DNA of 25,142 nt, from the IMG/VR virus record IMGVR_UViG_3300043423_000058, positions 1-25,142 of that record. The stretch is one strand, 5' to 3'. The number at the start of each line of letters is the position of its first letter. Within the stretch, counting starts at the first letter, position 1. The DNA is from a virus (lineage: Duplodnaviria > Caudoviricetes). Made by a program: the position numbers and the translations under genes. The notes beneath the pieces were generated by a model that saw only the letters and a program-made list of their open reading frames with translations, did not search any database and was not told the DNA's origin. Of the stretch, positions 1 to 7,891 are shown one piece after another.

Positions 1-42
1 GACATTCATAGTTTTGGCATATTCGGAAATCTTCACCCGCAT
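1..42 (-). CDS. tnpA: N-terminus of a probable IS607-family serine recombinase TnpA (runs off the window edge)
   Basis: ATG at 42 reads MRVKISEYAKTMNV, resembling the MerR-like HTH start of IS607 TnpA (MKLSEYAK..GV pattern). CTAAATA lies 5 nt upstream (48-54). Only 14 codons are visible. Confidence 0.6.
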   Translation of the reverse strand, partial: MRVKISEYAKTMNV

Positions 43-107
43 ATAATTATTTAGTAAATGATTCCCTACTTTTCTATAGTTTTCTCAAAAATATTTAAAA
101 TAATGCA
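1..107 (-). mobile_element. Left end of a second IS607-family element (truncated by the window)
   Basis: AT-rich leader with a late-promoter motif in front of the tnpA-like start. It cuts off the upstream ORF fragment after ...QKIYDWY. The boundary is approximate. Confidence 0.5.
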
Positions 108-338
108 ATACCAATCATATATTTTTTGACTGGTTTCCAGAGATGTGTATCCAATCACATTGGGTAGTGTATCGACTACGGATGTGTCTGGAATATAAGT
201 TCCCACAATAGACTTTAATGTTCCATCGATGTTAAAAGACCCAAAAACAGGATTGCTGCCATACTTTACAATTTTATATGTCCATGTTCCAGTTGCAGAT
301 GATGGAAGAAGAAGATTATCGTCGGTGATCTGATTATA
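66..338 (-). pseudogene. 3' fragment of an interrupted Thr/Gly/Asn-rich, virion-like gene
   Basis: Open frame not in the ORF track: YNQITDDNLLLPSSATGTWTYKIVKYGSNPVFGSFNIDGTLKSIVGTYIPDTSVVDTLPNVIGYTSLETSQKIYDWY... It joins in frame to the 1525-1704 fragment through the shared TAT AAT codons. Confidence 0.6.
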
Positions 339-403
339 GTTCCAATTATCTGTGAAAAATCAGGTAATTGGTTTTGAAGAAGGGGGACTATAGACTCCCC
401 TCC
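335..403 (-). ncRNA. Putative compact omegaRNA/reRNA 3' scaffold overlapping the tnpB 3' end
   Basis: On the minus strand, a GGAGGGG/CCCCTTC stem (403-379) has a loop CTATAGT that can pair with the terminal ACTATA (340-335) as a pseudoknot. A CCAATTA/TAATTGG hairpin lies at 371-342. The 5' end is unknown. Confidence 0.55.
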
Positions 404-1436
404 GTAGAATATTCATAGAAGCATTTAAATCTGCATCCATGTTTAGACCACACGAACAGGAATAGCTTTCGCCCTGCCTATTCTCCTTTTTAACAACACC
501 ACACCGACTACATTCTTGTGATGTATAGGCTGGATTGACTCTCCGAAACTCAAAACCTTTGGTTTCTGAATGTCTCTCCAACGCTATTAGAACCTTTGGA
601 TAGCTCCATCGTTGCAGTTTATTATTAAATTGTTTAGAAATTTTTCCCTTGGATTTGTGTTTTACATTTTTCAAATCCTCCACGATCAAAGTCTTTAGAT
701 CGCCTTTATCTAGGATAAAGGAATTGACTATCTCGTTAATCTTATTATCACGTTCTTTTAGAGAACGCTTAAATGCCTTTGATCCTTGTCTTTTTCTTGA
801 AATCTTTTCATAGATATTAATCATATCAGATCCATAGATACTGTTATCAGAACATGCTAAAAGCTTTTTATATCCACAATCCAACCCCAAAATCTTACCA
901 TTATCATTCTTAATAGGATTTTCTTTTTCCCATATGAAAGATACATAATCTTTTTTCAGAATAATGGTATTACGCTTATTCCACCCATCATTCTGAAATT
1001 TATTGGATTGTTTATGATTCTTAATTGGAATGTTGATAGTGATAGCTCTCTTCTTATGAGGATGGAAGAAAGGTGTTGTAATTCTGATAAACAAATCAAA
1101 CCCAACGCCTTCTTTTATATCAAACAATCTATTATCTAGTTCTATGGAAATGTTTTGAATATTCGGTTTAGAGAATTTTCTTTTTCTTTTGGTGAATCTT
1201 GATCTCAGAATGGATGAAGATTGTTTATACGCTACCTGTTTCCATCTTGAGTGTGAAATACCATTATAATCGGGCAAATCCTTGGATGATAAAAAAGTTT
1301 TATGTTGGATTTTGTTATCCCATATCAAGTCAATGTAATGCTGGACAAGCATTTTATAAGAATTTAAAACACAATCATACATCTCTTTCTTCTGAGTGTT
1401 TGTGTGTTTTAGTATATGTTTTGATGCTCTTATCAT
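360..1436 (-). CDS. tnpB: TnpB RNA-guided endonuclease (IS607-type, 358 aa)
   Basis: RuvC-I GLDCG, RuvC-II IVEDL, AYTSQECSRCG..CSC Zn finger and RuvC-III DADLNAS. The catalytic D-E-D is intact. Confidence 0.92.
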   Translation of the reverse strand: MIRASKHILKHTNTQKKEMYDCVLNSYKMLVQHYIDLIWDNKIQHKTFLSSKDLPDYNGISHSRWKQVAYKQSSSILRSRFTKRKRKFSKPNIQNISIELDNRLFDIKEGVGFDLFIRITTPFFHPHKKRAITINIPIKNHKQSNKFQNDGWNKRNTIILKKDYVSFIWEKENPIKNDNGKILGLDCGYKKLLACSDNSIYGSDMINIYEKISRKRQGSKAFKRSLKERDNKINEIVNSFILDKGDLKTLIVEDLKNVKHKSKGKISKQFNNKLQRWSYPKVLIALERHSETKGFEFRRVNPAYTSQECSRCGVVKKENRQGESYSCSCGLNMDADLNASMNILRRGVYSPPSSKPIT

Positions 1437-1448
1437 CCGTTCTAATAC

Positions 1449-1739
1449 TATTTAGTCCAAGAATGATATTTTTTTCTAAAATTCATAGATTTTCAACAGA
1501 ATTCCCAATTTATTGGAAAGTTACATTATACTTTTCAGTTCCAACATTATCTAGTATTCTAATGCGCCCACCATTTAAAGTAAGATGAATCCAGTTAGTA
1601 GTGCTGGCTGAATCAGTTATTTTTTGTGGATAAGTTGGAGTAATTCCCGTTTGTAAAACACTGGTTAAAACATTGACACCCGAGACGGTTCCAATGTTTG
1701 TTCCAATTTTAGAAAAAAATATCATTCTGGGACTAAATA
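1449..1739. repeat. 35-bp inverted repeat pair (1449-1483 and 1705-1739), 1 mismatch
   Basis: TATTTAGTCCAAGAATGATATTTTTTTCTAAAATT versus the reverse complement of AATTTTAGAAAAAAATATCATTCTGGGACTAAATA. Confidence 0.9.
1525..1704 (-). pseudogene. Upstream fragment of the interrupted virion-like gene
   Basis: Reads GTNIGTVSGVNVLTSVLQTG...LDNVGTEKYN and continues in frame into 66-338 once the TnpB element is removed. The track's ATG at 1725 lies inside the repeat. Confidence 0.55.
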
Positions 1740-1740
1740 A

Positions 1741-2484
1741 TTAAATCGTCTTAAACTTCTTAACAATAAATTTGAGAATTTGCGATCTGACGATATCATC
1801 TTCATCAAATTCGAATGTTGCTATCCCATTCTCTAGTGATTCTTGATCATTGAACGCGTTATAAACACTTTCAAATCCGCTAAATTTAATATCTGGTTGC
1901 ATTTTATCACCAGCTAAAATTAGCTTCGTATTTTCCCCTATTCTACTCATAACCGTTAGAATTTCTTTAGTTTCCATTTGTTGTGTTTCATCCACCAAGA
2001 CAAACATATCATCCCACGTATGACCACGAACATGATTGATTGGCATCGTGTCGATCAATCCAGCTTTTTTTATTTTCGGTATATCATTATCTTCAACTAA
2101 TTTGTTTATTAATTCGAAAATGATAGCATTATATGGCATCGTTTTTTCAGATTCGGACCCCGGAAGATACCCCATAGACTTTGTAGCACTTTCAACCATC
2201 GCTCGAACATATAATAGTTTTTCACATTTCTGCTCTTTGATCATAGACATAGCACAATAGGCAGATGTCCACGATTTTCCAGTTCCCGCTGGCCCTTGAA
2301 TAATAACAACTTTAATCGAAGGGTCGTTAATAATAGATATTAACTCTTTTTGTTTTTCAGTTAATTTAAATCCCCGTTTTTTGAATTTGAAATCTATTTT
2401 ATTAAAACTATCAGCGATTGCTGTTTCTATCTCGATATTCTTAACTTCCCGACGTTTCGCTCTAGGAGCATTTTTGGTTGCCAT
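1741..2484 (-). CDS. phoH: PhoH-family ATPase
   Basis: GPAGTGKS Walker A, MGYLPG, RGHTW, DETQQ, GD..Q.D and DIVRS motifs. Confidence 0.93.
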   Translation of the reverse strand: MATKNAPRAKRREVKNIEIETAIADSFNKIDFKFKKRGFKLTEKQKELISIINDPSIKVVIIQGPAGTGKSWTSAYCAMSMIKEQKCEKLLYVRAMVESATKSMGYLPGSESEKTMPYNAIIFELINKLVEDNDIPKIKKAGLIDTMPINHVRGHTWDDMFVLVDETQQMETKEILTVMSRIGENTKLILAGDKMQPDIKFSGFESVYNAFNDQESLENGIATFEFDEDDIVRSQILKFIVKKFKTI

Positions 2485-2537
2485 ATCTCTATTATTTAAC
2501 GTCTCAATGAGAGGATGTCAAAACAAATAACCTCTCA

Positions 2538-2586
2538 GTGAACTACCACGGGGCTAAAGACCTAGGGGCTTTCTCTCACTCTAGCA
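2538..2586 (-). mobile_element. Collapsed 49-bp IS200/IS605 relic (left-end/right-end hairpin hybrid)
   Basis: Minus strand reads TTAC|TGCTAGAGTGAGAG-AAAG-CCCCTAGGTCTTTAGC-CCCGTGG-TAGTTCAC. It shares GTGAGA, CCCCTAGGTCTTTAGC and GTAGTTCAC with the 22427-22719 element. Confidence 0.7.
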
Positions 2587-2650
2587 GTAACGAGACAAAC
2601 CTAATCAACTACACCTTCACTGGAAGATGGATGATAAGCTCTATATTAAA

Positions 2651-2911
2651 TTATTGTGCAGTGTCCCATGATGTCCCCGAAAACCACGACATTCCACTGG
2701 ATGTTGGGTTTTCTAATGGTGTTGGCAGCGGCCTCTTACGATTCACGATCGATTTGTTCGGTTCCTGTAATTCCTTGACGCCTTCGACTGCAATTTCTTT
2801 AGTTGGTCCGATTACGACTCTTTCCCCGTCGGACGCAATGTATTGCTCTCCAAACGAATGAGTTTCTATCTTAAAATTTGCATCTTCTAATGTGTGGATA
2901 TCATATGTCAT
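2651..2911 (-). CDS. Hypothetical protein (86 aa)
   Basis: ORF collinear with its neighbours, with a TTGACA -35-like box upstream (2944-2949). Confidence 0.6.
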   Translation of the reverse strand: MTYDIHTLEDANFKIETHSFGEQYIASDGERVVIGPTKEIAVEGVKELQEPNKSIVNRKRPLPTPLENPTSSGMSWFSGTSWDTAQ

Positions 2912-2963
2912 ATGTGATATATGATGACACGTTGAATAACGAATGTCAATATTAAAAAATAAT

Positions 2964-3464
2964 TTAAGGAGTTTTGGCCCGTTTGATAGTTTTCACTGGC
3001 GCATTCCTATTGAATCTTGAAGTATCTTGCGCATCGGATGTGACGATCTTAAATTCATTTTTAGTATTGAATAAAAATGTTAATAATTTTTTGGGATCTC
3101 CGATTGGTTTTCCAGTCATCCCGGTTCCCACAATTCGCCTTCCAGTAACAACATTATTTTTACCAGATCTTATAATTGTCTGATTTGGAGTGATCAAATA
3201 TCCAGCATCTAATAATATATCCCCATACGCTTTCTGTATACCCCCCGATCCGGTATCATATCCTTGTCTAATAGAATCCTTAATATCGCGCAACCCTCGT
3301 TCTAGACCGTGTATAGGTTGTGTTAATTCTGGTGCGACATAATCTAATGTCTTCGCAATGCCTTTTACAGCGGCACCTGCAACTCCTCCAATACCTTTAA
3401 TGATTGGTGATTTATGTATATCCCAAAATCCTTCGGATAAAATTTCATATTGCGAATATTTCAT
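2964..3464 (-). CDS. Hypothetical protein, possible virion-internal protein
   Basis: CTAAATA 5 nt before the ATG; N-terminus MKYSQYEILSE. Confidence 0.7.
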   Translation of the reverse strand: MKYSQYEILSEGFWDIHKSPIIKGIGGVAGAAVKGIAKTLDYVAPELTQPIHGLERGLRDIKDSIRQGYDTGSGGIQKAYGDILLDAGYLITPNQTIIRSGKNNVVTGRRIVGTGMTGKPIGDPKKLLTFLFNTKNEFKIVTSDAQDTSRFNRNAPVKTIKRAKTP

Positions 3465-3472
3465 GTTTATAT

Positions 3473-3913
3473 TTAGATGTCAACTTCAATTCCTTGTCCC
3501 GCAACATTATTAAGCCCGACATCTATGAGTGCATCAATTTTATCTAAAATAAAACTTTTACCTATTAAAACTTTATGAGCATTTTCGGACCTATTACCAA
3601 TGGAAAACGGGATATCTTTAAATACTTTATTCCCAAATTTGACGTTGAATAATACAACTGGTCTGTCTTCTTTGTTGCCCGCGCCTAGATTGATAGTGAT
3701 CGTATCCTGAATAGGTTTCTCCACACTAATACCACCTTCGGTGGTAAATCTTACAATTTGACCATCGGTTTCAATATCTTCTCCATGTAGCACATTAAAA
3801 GCACCATTGCCAGAATCAAGCTTTGCTTTTATTGGGCCAATACCTTCCAGCGTGATGATTTCTTCTAATCCCACAATAAGTTTTTCCACGAAAAATTGTT
3901 TGAAACTAATCAT
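3473..3913 (-). CDS. Retropepsin-like (RimK-associated, 'ATP-dependent Zn protease' family) aspartic protease
   Basis: IKAKLDSGN catalytic motif, EDRPVV, and FSIGNR...VLIGKSF. The start is placed at ATG 3913 (TGATG overlap). Confidence 0.8.
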   Translation of the reverse strand: MISFKQFFVEKLIVGLEEIITLEGIGPIKAKLDSGNGAFNVLHGEDIETDGQIVRFTTEGGISVEKPIQDTITINLGAGNKEDRPVVLFNVKFGNKVFKDIPFSIGNRSENAHKVLIGKSFILDKIDALIDVGLNNVAGQGIEVDI

Positions 3914-4326
3914 CACATTGAGAAGTCTTCGTCATCTTCCATCCCATCATTTGCGAAATCGGCGACATCGTCCAATTCATTCCAAACATCGGAAATGTAA
4001 TCTTCAGCTTTGATGATTTTAGCGATCATCCAAGTATCTAGTTTATCACTGCCACAATGATTGATGAGAATATCTGCACGTTTGATGATTTTTCGAAGAG
4101 CCTTTGTAATGATCTCATTATCTAAATCGTCATCTTCATCGTCGAAGATGTCATCATCAACAATCTCCGGCTCGACCTGCATTGGAGGCTCTAATGTGAT
4201 AATAGCTTCAGCATCTTCATCTTCGAAAACATTAGAATCGTTATACTCATCGGCATACATCTGATCATTTGATGTATTATAATTCTCCCATATTAAATTG
4301 TTTTCTACCGTTTTAAATTTTTTCAT
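3913..4326 (-). CDS. Acidic hypothetical protein (137 aa)
   Basis: TTAAATA 6 nt before the ATG; C-terminal LDTWMIAKIIKAEDYISDV helical segment. Confidence 0.75.
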   Translation of the reverse strand: MKKFKTVENNLIWENYNTSNDQMYADEYNDSNVFEDEDAEAIITLEPPMQVEPEIVDDDIFDDEDDDLDNEIITKALRKIIKRADILINHCGSDKLDTWMIAKIIKAEDYISDVWNELDDVADFANDGMEDDEDFSM

Positions 4327-4339
4327 ATAAATTATTTAA

Positions 4340-4693
4340 TTAATTAATTTTGTTGAGTTGTTTTTTAAGATCTCCACCAGAAGTAGATGCTGATATGATA
4401 CCTAAGATACTAGGGAGAATTTCTTCTCTAGCATTAGTATATTTTTTCATCTGCATCACTGATTGCAAATTTAATAGTGTTGATGATTGCTCTGGGGATG
4501 GCTCGAATAGTGCAGCATCGATAAGATCAGCAATATACTTATCTTCTCCCACCGAGGTCATAGGCATCGTTTCCTGAGCTTCTATGGGGGGTTGTGTCAC
4601 ATCTTGAACGTCCTGTGATGGATCAGGCATTTCGCCTTGTTCTTTGATGATCTTCATATAACCATCGATCAATTGTAAAGTTTTGGATTTCAT
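4340..4693 (-). CDS. Hypothetical protein
   Basis: Likely start MKSKTL at 4693, immediately after the upstream stop (the track gives 4717). Confidence 0.7.
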   Translation of the reverse strand: MKSKTLQLIDGYMKIIKEQGEMPDPSQDVQDVTQPPIEAQETMPMTSVGEDKYIADLIDAALFEPSPEQSSTLLNLQSVMQMKKYTNAREEILPSILGIISASTSGGDLKKQLNKIN

Positions 4694-4694
4694 A

Positions 4695-5138
4695 TTAATA
4701 TGTTGCTGATATAGCATTTTTACGCTTGGCGTTTTGTAATGAGTTTTCTAAATTTTTGGTAGAATCTTCGTATGTTTTAACTGCTTGCCCAGCCAATTGT
4801 TGGCGTTTTTTAACTGCTTGTTTAGCTTTCTGCGCTGACGTTTGAAACCCTTTGGCTATGAGACCTTTTACCCCAGATGCGGCAGTATTGCCAAGCTTTT
4901 CAACTTCTTGATCCACTTGATATGTTCCACTTCCAGCGTTAATACTTTCAGATTCTTCTTCGTTATTTGAAATAGTTAAAGCAATTGCTTTGCTACCAGT
5001 ATCAACATAGATCATGTTAGTCCCACGAACTAAAGAAACCGGAACACCTTTAGATTTGAGAAAATCGATTAATTCCCATTTAGGATCTCCGGTATTTTCA
5101 GGAGAAAACTGTTCCAAAACACTCAAAAATTTCGACAT
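4695..5138 (-). CDS. Hypothetical protein (147 aa)
   Basis: CTAAATA 5 nt before the ATG; helical C-terminus. Confidence 0.75.
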   Translation of the reverse strand: MSKFLSVLEQFSPENTGDPKWELIDFLKSKGVPVSLVRGTNMIYVDTGSKAIALTISNNEEESESINAGSGTYQVDQEVEKLGNTAASGVKGLIAKGFQTSAQKAKQAVKKRQQLAGQAVKTYEDSTKNLENSLQNAKRKNAISATY

Positions 5139-5146
5139 GTATATAT

Positions 5147-5686
5147 TTAGCGCATAACTAGGAGTTTGTTTGACACCTGTTTATAAAAATCCCCCATATC
5201 TTTCAATCCCTCATTTTCTAAAAATCTTTTAATATGTTTAAAAGTCTTCGGTCTAGAATTATTTTGGAAGAAGACTTCCAACCTAGGAATTAATTCACAA
5301 TCATTATTTTCAAACTTCTTAATAACTTCAGAAAAATCCATCACATCCCCAAGAATCTTGAATCCAAAAATAGTTTTTAGTTTTTTTAATAAAGAATTGC
5401 GAAATTTATCCTTGGTTAGATTATTAGAATAAAAATAAATTCGGTAATTCAATTCTTGCTTCTGTATATGTGAACATATAACCTTAAGGAAGGCGTGTTT
5501 GTATATTGTTCTATTATATTTCAAAGAAAAATCAAATGTCACATCTATAAACATCCCTTTTAGAATTTTGGCAAAAAAGATATTTGTTTCTCTGAAAAGA
5601 GTGTCGATATCAGTAAAAACTATATTATCATCGTGAAAAATAATTTCAGTATAATTTTCTTCTTTGGTGATTTCATAATGATTCAT
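5147..5686 (-). CDS. Hypothetical protein (179 aa)
   Basis: Long ORF with TAATG coupling to the upstream gene. Confidence 0.7.
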   Translation of the reverse strand: MNHYEITKEENYTEIIFHDDNIVFTDIDTLFRETNIFFAKILKGMFIDVTFDFSLKYNRTIYKHAFLKVICSHIQKQELNYRIYFYSNNLTKDKFRNSLLKKLKTIFGFKILGDVMDFSEVIKKFENNDCELIPRLEVFFQNNSRPKTFKHIKRFLENEGLKDMGDFYKQVSNKLLVMR

Positions 5687-6486
5687 TAGTAGTCAGTCTT
5701 CTTGATGTTTGAAGGATGTATATTCTGTGTTGTGAAACACGCATTGAATGTCCCCTTTTTAGAAGGAAACATAGGATCTTCAAATAACTTTAATCCATCA
5801 ACATCGATTTTTAATACAATCATATTATCCACTTTAATTTGGTCTAGAAATTTTGCCGGATAATTCACGTCCGACTTTTTAATTTTATTCTCCCTACCAA
5901 TAGATAATGGATATTTAAGGAACTGGATGTTTGATATATCAGAAGTTTGTATCAAATAAATTCTTCCTCCCGGATGTGTGAAAATAGTATTAGAATCTCT
6001 TGGCGTCAATCCAATTTTTTCAATTTTCGGTAATAAATATTTATATGTGATATGAAAGAATGGAATATTTGAATTTATTGATAATGATACTTCTTTCGGA
6101 AATTTAGGCTCTATAATGAATTTATAATGAGAAAAATCCTGAATTATTCTCCCAATATTATATCCATACGGAAATAACTCATTTTTTAATTTTTCAAAAT
6201 ATTCTTCGATGTTTTTAACAGATTTTTTTGCAATTTTAGCATCGATTGTTTTTGTTATTTCATGCTGATAATTATCATTTGATGAGTAGTCAGTAGGTAC
6301 CACGGTCAATCCAAATTCTTTTAAAAACTTAATCAATGTTTTTTTAGGGTATGTGTGGATTAATCCTTCATTTACCATATCATGCCAAGATTCTATACCA
6401 AAATGTCCAAAATTAACAAATTCTTCTGGAACATTTTCGTAAAGATTTAGATAATAATTAAATTGTTTGTCAAAATTAGATGTCAT
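5686..6486 (-). CDS. Hypothetical protein with a possible Tpt1/KptA-like ADP-ribosyltransferase-fold C-terminal domain
   Basis: FFHIT...KIEKIGLTPR...GRIYL...VLKID...DP...FT...NIHPSNI resembles the H-x-T / I.x.GL.P / Y-L / IPP.I pattern of this fold. Confidence 0.5.
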   Translation of the reverse strand: MTSNFDKQFNYYLNLYENVPEEFVNFGHFGIESWHDMVNEGLIHTYPKKTLIKFLKEFGLTVVPTDYSSNDNYQHEITKTIDAKIAKKSVKNIEEYFEKLKNELFPYGYNIGRIIQDFSHYKFIIEPKFPKEVSLSINSNIPFFHITYKYLLPKIEKIGLTPRDSNTIFTHPGGRIYLIQTSDISNIQFLKYPLSIGRENKIKKSDVNYPAKFLDQIKVDNMIVLKIDVDGLKLFEDPMFPSKKGTFNACFTTQNIHPSNIKKTDY

Positions 6487-6917
6487 TCCAATTTTAGAAT
6501 ATCAGGGTTTCTCTCAATATCAACATAATTTTTCGGCACAATTCCGAGTCTACAATTAAGCATTTGATTGTAGAATTTTTTACTGAATAACACTTTACAT
6601 TTCATTTGCCATTCTATTTCAGCTAATTTTAAATGAAATTTACTGTTACACAATTCTATGACTTCTCTAGTAAAATTTTCTTTACCATGTTTTTCAATAT
6701 CTTTTAATAATTCTGTAGAACTCCCCCAATATCCTTCTATATTATTATCTTTCCAGACTATCTTATCTTTTTTTCTAGATTTATTAGCCTTTAATCTAGT
6801 TTTTTTTAATAATTGTTTAATTCCTATATAATACCGATTATCAATATTATTGCGAATTAAGTAAACTACACCAAAATAATCATTAATATTATCAGGTATT
6901 CCTATCCAATCACTCAT
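6483..6917 (-). CDS. GIY-YIG family nuclease (144 aa)
   Basis: GVVYLI..N..D.RYYIG, YWGSS, ENFTREVIE and FYN motifs. Confidence 0.8.
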   Translation of the reverse strand: MSDWIGIPDNINDYFGVVYLIRNNIDNRYYIGIKQLLKKTRLKANKSRKKDKIVWKDNNIEGYWGSSTELLKDIEKHGKENFTREVIELCNSKFHLKLAEIEWQMKCKVLFSKKFYNQMLNCRLGIVPKNYVDIERNPDILKLE

Positions 6918-7015
6918 AATATTACTTAATAAGCTGTCAAATTGAATTATTTTCGATTATTTTCAATATATTGTCAAATTCCCTATTGATAATCAAATAC
7001 GCGAGAATAGTTAAT

Positions 7016-7110
7016 GGGTGTAGTGGGTGGGCTTGGTACAATATTAATAAGAATAAATTATTAATAAGAAGATATCTTATTAATTGTAATATTAATAATA
7101 ATTAAAATAA
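7016..7110. repeat. G-rich tract followed by AT-rich repeats (possible origin/unwinding element)
   Basis: GGGTGTAGTGGGTGGG, then TATTAATAAGAA at 7042-7053 and 7059-7070, inverted TCTTATTAAT at 7075-7084 and TATTAATAA at 7090-7098. Confidence 0.5.
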
Positions 7111-7127
7111 TACGAAAAATTCAAAAG

Positions 7128-7388
7128 TCAAATTATTTTTTTGGATTTTTTGACTGTTTTTTTGGATTTGACAATTCCTTTTCTAGTTAAAATATTGCCT
7201 CCAAAAATCGATTTGGGGATACGAGTGTCTCCTCTGGCATAATTGTCCTCATTTGGCTCTCCGAGGTCTACGATAGGCTCCTGCGGCTCACCAAAGACCC
7301 CTCCAGAACCAGCCGACATATCTTCAAGAATTTCTTGATAAAGATTCGCTAACTTTTGTTCCTCTATCATTGACAACCGTGAACTCAT
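7128..7388 (-). CDS. Hypothetical protein (86 aa)
   Basis: TTAAATA upstream; contains NLYQEILE, DNYARGDTRIPKS and a basic C-terminus. Confidence 0.7.
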   Translation of the reverse strand: MSSRLSMIEEQKLANLYQEILEDMSAGSGGVFGEPQEPIVDLGEPNEDNYARGDTRIPKSIFGGNILTRKGIVKSKKTVKKSKKII

Positions 7389-7402
7389 ATGGTAATATTT
7401 AA
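7370..7402. promoter_or_regulatory. Overlapping divergent promoters: sigma70-type for uvsY and late-type for 7128-7388
   Basis: TTGACA(7370-7375)-N17-TAATAT(7393-7398)-N6-ATG on +; TTAAATA (7402-7396) on -. Confidence 0.6.
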
Positions 7403-7404
7403 TT

Positions 7405-7815
7405 ATGAAAGATTATAATCGAGATTACGAACGTCTTAAGCAAGACACTGCCGAATGGTGTTCAATTAATTTAATGAATATTGGAGATAAAACTAAACAG
7501 GCCATTGGTAGAAAACAATGGATTGTTGCTAGACTCTTTGATACAAAACGGGATTTATTTAAACTTCAAAAAGAGAAGAAAGTTCTCAAACAAGCAGTTA
7601 TCGATAAGTTAGTGGTAAATTCTCCGGTAAATCTCGATAAGTCCACGATGACTGCAATTGATAACTCATCCGAGTTAGAATCGATTAACGATCAAATTAA
7701 AGAATGTGAGTTTTTGGTTGAATATCTCGAAGCTAGTGTGAGGATGTATATGTATATCGCACAAGATATTAAAAATCTGATATCGGCGCATCAACTTCAA
7801 ATCGAAGAATATTAA
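7405..7815 (+). CDS. uvsY: Recombination mediator UvsY-like
   Basis: 136-aa helical protein ending ..EYLE.......QDIKNLI.., directly upstream of uvsW as in T4-like phages. Confidence 0.72.
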   Translation: MKDYNRDYERLKQDTAEWCSINLMNIGDKTKQAIGRKQWIVARLFDTKRDLFKLQKEKKVLKQAVIDKLVVNSPVNLDKSTMTAIDNSSELESINDQIKECEFLVEYLEASVRMYMYIAQDIKNLISAHQLQIEEY

Positions 7816-7891
7816 TTCACGAATTCACTTGAAAAGATCGATTCAAATCGATGGATAAGTTCAATGTCTAATCCACCAGAACCCATTACTA

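Larger units (their letters stand above)
333..1530 (-). mobile_element. Non-autonomous (TnpB-only) IS607-family element
   Basis: Bounded by ATTATA at 333-338 and 1525-1530. Removal restores an in-frame ORF. It contains only tnpB plus a ~90-bp left end with a CTAAATA promoter. Confidence 0.7.

Noticed and set aside
333-1530. IStron (group I intron plus IS) interpretation of the in-gene TnpB element
   Set aside because: Only ~90 bp lie between the left boundary and tnpB, too short for a group I ribozyme core.
1199-1588. 129-aa plus-strand ORF
   Set aside because: It is antisense to tnpB and spans the element end; no recognisable motifs.
2538-2861. 107-aa plus-strand ORF
   Set aside because: It starts in the IS right-end GTG and is antisense to 2651-2911, so it is a shadow frame.
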